This document shows, in pieces, positions 48,505 to 55,487 of a DNA stretch of 55,487 bases. Under the pieces are notes generated by a model. It was not told where the DNA came from and searched no databases. It worked only from the letters and a program-made list of their open reading frames with translations. This DNA is from Candidatus Poseidoniaceae archaeon (lineage in GTDB: Archaea; Thermoplasmatota; Poseidoniia; Poseidoniales; Poseidoniaceae): contig JANXHP010000037.1 of the NCBI GenBank assembly GCA_024958795.1, positions 1 to 55,487 on the forward strand. The letters are read 5' to 3'. A program made the translations under genes and the position numbers. Position 1 is the first letter of the stretch; each line of letters starts with the position of its first letter.

Positions 48505-49491
48505 ATGAGTGGTCAATCTGAAATGAAAGCTCTTTTGAAACGCCTACAAAAAAATGGGATTCCTATTACGAATGACATTAGTGAAGCAATGTTAGCAATA
48601 GAAGTTGATTATTTTACAGATTTTGAGTCGTTAGATTTTTTTGCTGACCGCCCCATTACATTTCTAAAGAATGAAAATGGAGCAGTAAAAACTATTTCAG
48701 CACCTCACATGATTGCAACTCTGTTATTTCATTTAGAATTACAAAAGGGCAATGATGTAGTATTGATTGGTTGCAAAAGTGGATATATTGCGGCATTGAT
48801 TGCAATCATTGTTGGAGAAGAAGGAAGTGTCAAAGTGTTAGATCCTTCACTGATTGTCACGCAACATGCAGCATCTCGTTTAACCCATTGGCCAACTATT
48901 GAAGTAAGACATGTTGAATCTTTACAGATATCTCCTATTGCATTCCCTGGGGAATTGAATCGTGTATTGGTTACAGGCCAAATAAAAGAATTACCAGAAT
49001 GGATTAATTCTAGAATTTCTGAATCCGGATTCATAATAGCACCACTAGGTGGGATTACTGGACAAAAATTGATGAAATTAGAATGTCAAGATGGTGAATT
49101 ACTCCCAACCGATCTCGGCCATGTCAGTTTTGGTCCTGTTGATATTACTGATGCTGGAATGGGGCCAATATGTCCTAACGAATTAGCTGATATCCTTGAA
49201 TTGGCAATAGAAACTTTCCAAGAAATAGAAGTAATCACCAAAGAAGAAGTAATTTCAATAGAGGATTTGATAATTGATTTACGAGAATTACCTGATGATT
49301 TACCTCCTCCAGGAGAAGCGGGTGTCGCAATTGAAGAGCATCCTATGATTCGTTTATTATATCAAGCATCACCTTCATTTATCCGACTATGGCCATTATT
49401 GCAACTAATGGTTCAACCAAATTTAGCGAGTCCGGGTGGATTTGATGTTAACATCGATGATGACTTTGAGTTTGACGATTTTGGAATCTGA
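48505..49491 (+). CDS. Protein-L-isoaspartate O-methyltransferase (PCMT)-like protein with an altered SAM motif and an acidic C-terminal extension
   Basis: ISAPHMIATLLFHLELQKGNDVVLIGCKSGYIAALIA resembles PCMT iSaPhmvA.mle.L.l..g..VLEIGtGSGY.aA. Here GxGxG is replaced by GCKSG. ATG 48505 is preceded by AGAGGGA. Confidence 0.6.
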   Translation: MSGQSEMKALLKRLQKNGIPITNDISEAMLAIEVDYFTDFESLDFFADRPITFLKNENGAVKTISAPHMIATLLFHLELQKGNDVVLIGCKSGYIAALIAIIVGEEGSVKVLDPSLIVTQHAASRLTHWPTIEVRHVESLQISPIAFPGELNRVLVTGQIKELPEWINSRISESGFIIAPLGGITGQKLMKLECQDGELLPTDLGHVSFGPVDITDAGMGPICPNELADILELAIETFQEIEVITKEEVISIEDLIIDLRELPDDLPPPGEAGVAIEEHPMIRLLYQASPSFIRLWPLLQLMVQPNLASPGGFDVNIDDDFEFDDFGI

Positions 49492-49536
49492 TTTGTTAGC
49501 CACAGCCGCTATAATGAGTTGTTAGGTGGAGTGTTC

Positions 49537-50535
49537 ATGGCAGGCGGCCTTAATACTGAGATGGCTCGTTTATCCCATAGAGATATTCGTCAAAGAAGAA
49601 GAGCAATACGAGTATTATTTGACCTAGATATTGCGCGTGCATTAGAAGCATTTGTACCATTACTAGATGACAATGACCCATGGTTCAAATCAAAATCATT
49701 GGAAGCACATCGGAAGTGGACCGCACAAAATGGAGTCGATAGTCTAAAACCATTAGTAGAGCATAGTTGGATAGAAGCAAATCGATGTGCTGCAAACTTA
49801 TTGAGCCAGTTTGGAAAGGATTCAGAAGAGTATGCTAACATTTTGCTTAATTGCGATGATCAAACTTGTCAAAGAAAAGCCGCAGCTTCATTGTTGCAAT
49901 ATTCAGACAAACTAAAGTTAGCACAAAAGTTGTCAGAGCATACCGATTACCAAATTCGTAAACTTGCATTTTGTAGTCCATCTGCAGGCAAAGAATTACG
50001 TTCAATAGGTCTAAAGGACAATAATAGAACAGTGGTAGAAGCGGTGTTGAAAGTAATAATTTCAAATGACGAAATTATCTCTGAACAGGATGTTATTATT
50101 TTGATTGACAGCGATATTGATAGTTCATTGCTAAGTAAACCTGCAATACTCATGGGTGGAAATGCCTTTCTAAAGTTGGTTGAATCGTCTCCTTCAAGTA
50201 AAACACAGCAAATTAGCCAAGTTCTATCTGAAATGTGCAATGATGTTGATGATGAACAAATCCAAACTTTGCTCAATGCAGGACAACTTTCAGTTATCGC
50301 TCGCTGGTTAAGAGGGAGAAAGGATGCAAAAAGTGATGCACTGCTATGGAAATTGATGGATGATGATAGACTTCCAACAATAGAAAAATCAAGACTTCTT
50401 GAGCGCTTAATCGGAAGAGCGGGAGAACCTGAAATCAATGCAAAAGCAGTGGAGTTTGCTAGCCGGTGCCAAGATAATTTGCTGAAGATAACAGCAGAGA
50501 ACCTTTCAACCGCCGCTGATGAACTCAACTCATGA
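49537..50535 (+). CDS. HEAT/ARM-like helical repeat protein
   Basis: There are repeated helical units such as RRRAIRVLFDLDIARALEAFVPLLDDNDPWFKSKSLEA. ATG 49537 is preceded by AGGTGGAG. Its stop overlaps the M61 start as ATGA. Confidence 0.45.
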   Translation: MAGGLNTEMARLSHRDIRQRRRAIRVLFDLDIARALEAFVPLLDDNDPWFKSKSLEAHRKWTAQNGVDSLKPLVEHSWIEANRCAANLLSQFGKDSEEYANILLNCDDQTCQRKAAASLLQYSDKLKLAQKLSEHTDYQIRKLAFCSPSAGKELRSIGLKDNNRTVVEAVLKVIISNDEIISEQDVIILIDSDIDSSLLSKPAILMGGNAFLKLVESSPSSKTQQISQVLSEMCNDVDDEQIQTLLNAGQLSVIARWLRGRKDAKSDALLWKLMDDDRLPTIEKSRLLERLIGRAGEPEINAKAVEFASRCQDNLLKITAENLSTAADELNS

Positions 50536-52370
50536 GCCCAGAGGAATCAGGCATCACCTTCTCAATTGATGCCACTGAAGGTAGTTCAAGGCGAGTTGTT
50601 GTCGGTATTGATATCGATGGGCCTTTCACACAACCAATCCTCAAACTTCATTTCCCAAGATGGGTTCCTGGGTCGTATTTTTTAAGAGAACCAATTCAAC
50701 ATATGACTGAATTTGTAGCGAAAGATGAGACGGGAATTGTACTTAATTCATTTCGTTATGAAGTTGATGCTATGAAAATAAAAATACCTAAGCAAGCAAA
50801 ATCAATTTCCATAACCTACAAATTATTAGCAACTGAATTATCATGTAGATCTAACCATTTGGATTCAACGCATTTTCACATGATGCCTCCTTTTACATGG
50901 TTTCTACCAACATCCGGAATAGACAAAAAAAGAATGAATAATAAACACTCAATTTCATTGCACACCCCTACTGCTTGGTCTGCAGCAACTCAATACAAAC
51001 TTGAGAGTAGTAAATCGTGTAAGGGAGTGCTTACAGGAAATGAGGGGACTACATATTTGTTTTCATCACCCAACCGAGATGAACTGTTGGATGGGATTAT
51101 TGAAGCGAATGAAAATGAAAATATTAACTGGCAAGTAGATGGTAGAAATCACATTCTGAAATTATGGGATAGTGGAGGTCATCCTGTTGATCAACAGATG
51201 CTTGAAAAGTTCAAAGGAGACATGAATAAGGTCATCCAAGAACATCATGCACTATTCGGTATACCCCCATGGGACAATTATGTCACTGTGATTCAACTTA
51301 CTGAAAAATTACGAGGGGGATTAGAACACATGAATTCACAAACCTCGATGTTACCACGGCAATGTTTAATGCCAAATCATGCTGATGAATATCGAGATTT
51401 GGTTAGTTTATTTTCCCATGAATATTTGCATCAGTGGAATGTAAAACGATTGAGACCGAGAAATTTCCTTGACTATGATTTACAAAGAGAAGCTCATACA
51501 GAGTTACTTTGGTGGTTTGAAGGGTGCACTTCTTGGCTAGGAGATATGATTTGTGTCCGTTCTGGTGCATGGTCTGAGCAAGACTGGCGTAAAGATTGGA
51601 TGCGCAAAATGAAGCGTACTACTGCAAGGAATGGTATGCAATTTGAATCTTTAAGTGAATCAAGTCATGATGCTTGGATCCATTTGTATCGTGGCCATTC
51701 ATTTTCAAGAGAAAGTCAAATTTCTTACTATAACGAAGGCGAACTTGCAATATTTTGTTTAGATGCAGAATTGCAACGTCGTTCAAATGGTCAAAATGGA
51801 GTCTGCAATTTAATGGTTGAATTATGTAATAAGCATGCAATTGAATATGATTCAGCAAACCAACTTGGAGTAACATATAACGATATTAGAAAAGCACTAA
51901 CTTCAATGAATGGAGGTTCAAGATTAGGAACAATGCTTGATTCTTTAATGAAAAATCGTCAATTACCTAATGTGGAGAAAGCGTTCAAATATTATTCTCT
52001 CAAATTGATTAGTGATGTCAAAAAGGGTGATAATAAAGAAAGTGAAGATGACGCTTGGCTAGGCATTACTATCAAAGATTCTATGGGTAAATTAGTAGTT
52101 ACCTCTCATCAAACTGGTTCACCCTTACGTGAATTGTTGATGCCTGGTGATGAGATTATTGCAATTAATGGAAGAAGAACAGATTCTAAAAGTAAATTAA
52201 ACAGTTCACTGAAGGGCCAAAATGGGAAACAAGCCAATATTATTTACAACCACGAAGGAGTTATGAAATCTGTAGACATTATGATGGTTGAAAAGGTTCA
52301 TCACAAGGTGAAAATAGATGGTAAAGGCAACCAAAAATGGCGAGATTATATCTCTAGCCGTCAAGGTTGA
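50532..52370 (+). CDS. M61 glycyl-aminopeptidase family metallopeptidase with a C-terminal PDZ domain
   Basis: HEYLHQWNVKRLRP is the characteristic M61 HExxH block. The PDZ-like segment is LMPGDEIIAINGRR. Confidence 0.85.
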   Translation: MSPEESGITFSIDATEGSSRRVVVGIDIDGPFTQPILKLHFPRWVPGSYFLREPIQHMTEFVAKDETGIVLNSFRYEVDAMKIKIPKQAKSISITYKLLATELSCRSNHLDSTHFHMMPPFTWFLPTSGIDKKRMNNKHSISLHTPTAWSAATQYKLESSKSCKGVLTGNEGTTYLFSSPNRDELLDGIIEANENENINWQVDGRNHILKLWDSGGHPVDQQMLEKFKGDMNKVIQEHHALFGIPPWDNYVTVIQLTEKLRGGLEHMNSQTSMLPRQCLMPNHADEYRDLVSLFSHEYLHQWNVKRLRPRNFLDYDLQREAHTELLWWFEGCTSWLGDMICVRSGAWSEQDWRKDWMRKMKRTTARNGMQFESLSESSHDAWIHLYRGHSFSRESQISYYNEGELAIFCLDAELQRRSNGQNGVCNLMVELCNKHAIEYDSANQLGVTYNDIRKALTSMNGGSRLGTMLDSLMKNRQLPNVEKAFKYYSLKLISDVKKGDNKESEDDAWLGITIKDSMGKLVVTSHQTGSPLRELLMPGDEIIAINGRRTDSKSKLNSSLKGQNGKQANIIYNHEGVMKSVDIMMVEKVHHKVKIDGKGNQKWRDYISSRQG

Positions 52371-52810
52371 TAATTACCCTCTAACATCAGTTCTTGCAAA
52401 GGAATAAAGATTGGAGGAAGATGTTCTGAAATAGTGTGACGACTTGTTTTGGGTGGGAACAAATCTCCTGACAAACTCATCTCAATCACTTCTTGTTTTG
52501 AGAGTGTTTCTTTTTCACTTCCTTGCCAAATATCTACAGTGATTTTCTCATCGGCCATATAATCAACACAAATTACTGGAATTCTTTTCAATTCAAGTAT
52601 CAGTGCAACCGCAAAGCGGTGGTGTCCATCAAGGATTGCACCTGTGACTTTATCGACGATTAGCGGTTTAGTATAACCATTCCATCTTTTAGTCATATCA
52701 AGGAGTTTATTCCGATTCCTCTCCTTTATCCTTTCATGTGGTTTGAGCCACTCAAGAGGCACCAACCGCACATCATCCTCGTCCCACATCATGTCGCTGC
52801 CAACCCCCAT
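52361..52810 (-). CDS. Small ParB-like nuclease (ParB/Srx fold) domain protein
   Basis: The segment LEWLKPHERI...LIVDKVTGAILDGHHRFAVALILELKRIPV contains the DGHHR core. The track start at 53032 overlaps the cca-like gene, so ATG 52810 is preferred. Confidence 0.6.
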   Translation of the reverse strand: MGVGSDMMWDEDDVRLVPLEWLKPHERIKERNRNKLLDMTKRWNGYTKPLIVDKVTGAILDGHHRFAVALILELKRIPVICVDYMADEKITVDIWQGSEKETLSKQEVIEMSLSGDLFPPKTSRHTISEHLPPIFIPLQELMLEGNYQP

Positions 52811-52863
52811 CCTGCGATAATGCTTTGGCGCACTTGGACTTGAACAACATCGGAGGGGATGAT

Positions 52864-54237
52864 ATGGATGCGCAACCTGATTGGCCAAAACCTGGCGTAT
52901 TATCCGATGTTGTCGCCCAACAGTGCCCTCCAATAATGACAAAATGGCTTCAAAAGTTGGATGCGGATTTATTGTTAATTCTAAACACGATCGCAGAAGC
53001 TGGTGGCGGAGTATGGATTGTAGGAGGGGCACCGAGAGATGTCCTGCTCTCCATTGAGGTTACAGACATTGACTTAGCGGTTGATTTAGACCCAGAAGAG
53101 ATGCTAAAACTATTCCCTAATGCAATCCGAACAGGTATTCAATTTGGCACATTGACATTACGAGGTGGCGATTCAATGTATGAATGTACAACTTTACGAA
53201 CTGAATCACAGTATGTTGATGGGCGCCGTCCACAAGTCGTCAACTGGGGTACAAGTTTAGCACAGGATTTGCAAAGACGAGATTTTACAATAAATGCAAT
53301 GGCAATTGATGTTTCTAGAATGAAACTACATGACCCACATAATGGGACTCTCGATCTTGAGAGAGGAGTACTGCGTGCTGTAGGAAATGCATCTCTCAGA
53401 TTGTCTGAAGATGGTCTAAGAATCATGAGAGCATATCGATTCATGGATAGAGATGATGCTGGTATTTGGTTTCCTGATAACAACCTAGCGCTAGCATTGT
53501 CAGAAAAAAGGAGAATGTTATCAAATGTGGCATCTGAAAGAATTTGGAATGAATTCAAGAAGATACTCACAGGAAGTAATGTTTCTACAATATTAGAGAT
53601 GATGCTAAAGGATGAGGTCCTTGCAATGGTTTTGCAAACAGAATGGAATCTTGCAAGCCCTATTTTTGAAGCCATTTCTGAGTTTACACAAAATGAAACA
53701 GATTATTTATCAGTATTAGCAATACTGCTCAGTGAAACAGATACAACAATTATTCCACAATTACTGAATAATTTGAAATTATCTAAACATGAACGTGATT
53801 CTGTTATTGGCAAACTATCACGGATGGGGCATGTTCCTTTGAATGAAATCGGAAAATTACGAGTTCACCGACATGTGCTTGGTAAGGAAGCAGCAATGCA
53901 TCTATATTTGGAATACATCATTAGAAAATACTCTATTCGTCTTACGCTAGGATATTCAAATGATTGCACTTTGGAAGAACTCGATGCTTTGATGAACAAC
54001 TCAGCCAAATTGAAGCCACCATCATTTGGAAACAAATCAATCTTAGATGGAAATATATTAATGAAATTAACATCGATCAATGGTGGACCGAAATTGGGTT
54101 ATATGAAATCTTGGCTACATCGTATTCAAATTGAAAGAGATATACAAACTGAACAAGAAATGATTCAAATATTGTCTACAATTATTTGGCAAAATAGCGA
54201 TGGTGAAGATTGGCCAAAAGTTCAATTTCCGGAATAA
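52864..54237 (+). CDS. Class II tRNA nucleotidyltransferase/poly(A) polymerase family protein (CCA-adding-like)
   Basis: Motifs are GGAPRDVLLSIEVTDIDLAV (the GGxVRD...DxD type), RRDFTINAMA and ERIWNEFKKIL. ATG 52864 is preceded by GGAGGGG. ATG 52936 is an alternative. Confidence 0.8.
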   Translation: MDAQPDWPKPGVLSDVVAQQCPPIMTKWLQKLDADLLLILNTIAEAGGGVWIVGGAPRDVLLSIEVTDIDLAVDLDPEEMLKLFPNAIRTGIQFGTLTLRGGDSMYECTTLRTESQYVDGRRPQVVNWGTSLAQDLQRRDFTINAMAIDVSRMKLHDPHNGTLDLERGVLRAVGNASLRLSEDGLRIMRAYRFMDRDDAGIWFPDNNLALALSEKRRMLSNVASERIWNEFKKILTGSNVSTILEMMLKDEVLAMVLQTEWNLASPIFEAISEFTQNETDYLSVLAILLSETDTTIIPQLLNNLKLSKHERDSVIGKLSRMGHVPLNEIGKLRVHRHVLGKEAAMHLYLEYIIRKYSIRLTLGYSNDCTLEELDALMNNSAKLKPPSFGNKSILDGNILMKLTSINGGPKLGYMKSWLHRIQIERDIQTEQEMIQILSTIIWQNSDGEDWPKVQFPE

Positions 54238-54295
54238 TTACCAACAAGATAATGAACAAGTTCATCTAACATGATATTACCAATGAGGCGTTTTC

Positions 54296-55429
54296 ATGAG
54301 TATTACTGGCAATAAAAGTTATTCAGAATTACAAGCGATTAAAACAGATATTGAAACTGTATTTGCAAATAATAAAGGTCAATTAGACGCTCTATCCGAC
54401 AGCCAACTAGGAGTTGTTGCTGAGCAATATGGCATTCCAATAAATCCTTCTGACCGTCTGGAAACATTAAAAATATTACAATCAAATGATGCAATTTCGG
54501 CTTGGCGCCTACCATTCTCAAAAGACGAAATAGCTGCTACTGTAGCATCTAATATTGACAATGTTAAAGAAGAATTGCAACAACAGGCAAGAGAGAAAAT
54601 TGCAAGTGCTTCCTCGACTATAATAGAAAGTGTTGAGCAAAAAGCCTCTGATAATCCGATGGTGGAAATGATAACAAAGAATTTTGGACAATCATTAATT
54701 CAAGCAGGCTATTCTGTTCCTGAATTAACAAAAATGCTAGATGTTGATGCAGATGGAATAATAACGCATGCGGAAATAATGCTCCTAATTGTAAAAATGA
54801 CTGGCACCCCTCCGCCACCATGGGTTGTTACCACAATTTTTGAAATATTAGATAGAAATCAAGATGGGGTCGTTACAGTTGAGGAATGGTGGAGTTTCTT
54901 AGAAGAAATGGGCTTTGAAACCAATGTTTCTTCACCAATTATTCCTACGGTTGTAGAAGAAGATTCAGAAATTGAAGAGATTCTTGACGAAATAGAGGAA
55001 GAAATTACTCAGCCACTTGAAATTGAAAGTACTGTTGCAGAACCAATAAGCGAAGAAATTGTGGAACAACCAAGCGCTAATTTGGTTGAAGGTAATAATG
55101 AGGACATTATCAAACAATTGTTAACTGCGCGATTATCATCAGATGAAAGAAAAATCATTACGGGGGCCAAAAAGAGCGTATGTACTGTTAAGATTGAAAG
55201 AGTTGAAAGAACTTTGATGGTTACAGATCATTATCGTGGAGGACACTCGGTATTAGGGATACTGAACGGAGGTTCAAACAAGGTCTTGGTAATGCTACCT
55301 GAAAGTGAAAATGAAGCCGTAACAAAATTCATGAAAGGAGATACTATTGAAGCAAATGCAATAATTGTCTCTTGGTCAAGCGGTTTGAAAATAGCAAAGA
55401 TGGCTGGAACTGATGCAAGAAAAGTCTGA
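54296..55429 (+). CDS. Protein with a canonical EF-hand pair, an acidic linker and a C-terminal beta-rich domain
   Basis: The two 12-residue loops DVDADGIITHAE and DRNQDGVVTVEE fit the D-x-[DN]-x-D-G-x-[IV]-x-x-x-E pattern. The ATG is preceded by GAGG. Confidence 0.65.
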   Translation: MSITGNKSYSELQAIKTDIETVFANNKGQLDALSDSQLGVVAEQYGIPINPSDRLETLKILQSNDAISAWRLPFSKDEIAATVASNIDNVKEELQQQAREKIASASSTIIESVEQKASDNPMVEMITKNFGQSLIQAGYSVPELTKMLDVDADGIITHAEIMLLIVKMTGTPPPPWVVTTIFEILDRNQDGVVTVEEWWSFLEEMGFETNVSSPIIPTVVEEDSEIEEILDEIEEEITQPLEIESTVAEPISEEIVEQPSANLVEGNNEDIIKQLLTARLSSDERKIITGAKKSVCTVKIERVERTLMVTDHYRGGHSVLGILNGGSNKVLVMLPESENEAVTKFMKGDTIEANAIIVSWSSGLKIAKMAGTDARKV

Positions 55430-55430
55430 A

Positions 55431-55487
55431 TCAAAGTAAAGCACGTGCAATAACGATTCGTTGAACTTCTTGTGTTCCTTCATAAAT
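55431..55487 (-). CDS. Acyl-CoA dehydrogenase, C-terminal 18 codons only (the rest lies beyond the window end)
   Basis: My own minus-strand translation gives IYEGTQEVQRIVIARALL followed by a stop (TGA at 55433..55431). This matches the conserved ACAD C-terminal YEGT.EiQr.vIAR.lL block. It is absent from the ORF track because the start is outside the window. Confidence 0.55.
   Translation of the reverse strand: MYEGTQEVQRIVIARALL

Noticed and set aside
52811-53032. The extension of the ParB-like ORF to 53032 and the TTG 52825 start of the cca-like ORF.
   Set aside because: Together they would create a roughly 200-nt divergent overlap. The ParB-like homology starts after Met 52810. ATG 52864 has a GGAGGGG SD at correct spacing.

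Overview
This window is an almost entirely coding, visibly AT-rich archaeal chromosome segment. Archaeal hallmarks are a zinc-finger RPA with a COG3390-type partner, a Hel308 helicase, a Cgi121-like protein, a DUF1628-type pilin, GGPP synthase with geranylgeranyl reductase, and an HTH_10 regulator. These sit beside bacterial-type genes (gyrB-gyrA, a class II CCA-like nucleotidyltransferase) and many secreted or anchored peptidases, including a PKD-rich 1400-aa protein, M28 and M61. By inference only, this mix fits an uncultured marine euryarchaeote of the Marine Group II/III type. I support about 43 CDS, two of them cut by the window edges and absent from the ORF track: a membrane protein at 1..720 (-) and an acyl-CoA dehydrogenase C-terminus at 55431..55487 (-). 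Several ORF-track starts are N-terminal over-extensions. I re-set them using GGAGG/GGTG-type Shine-Dalgarno motifs, which are frequent here and also support TTG and GTG starts. I saw no rRNA, tRNA, CRISPR array, transposase, integrase or recognisable defence system, so most of the window looks like core genome. The items most worth a second look are listed here.
- A minimal Tad/Epd-like pilus operon has a split platform, an unusual soluble first gene and no pilin. It lies directly downstream of the rpa operon and abuts a protein with three SAP/HeH-like motifs.
- The roughly 490-bp ORF-free gyrB/aroD spacer is bracketed by a perfect 15-bp inverted repeat.
- Conspicuous GC-rich or perfect palindromes sit in promoter and leader positions at 842..873, 10580..10597, 18133..18151 and 36221..36237.
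- Several enzyme-like proteins have altered catalytic motifs or unexplained fusions: a HemC-like protein, a Tmk-like fusion, a PCMT-like protein and an Smr-like protein.
- A tightly coupled HTH_10 / PCMT-like / HEAT / M61-PDZ gene string runs from 47595 to 52370.
- A bacterial-type class II nucleotidyltransferase is divergently paired with a small ParB-like protein.
- One protein carries a canonical EF-hand pair.
All family assignments come from motif recognition by eye. No database search was run.
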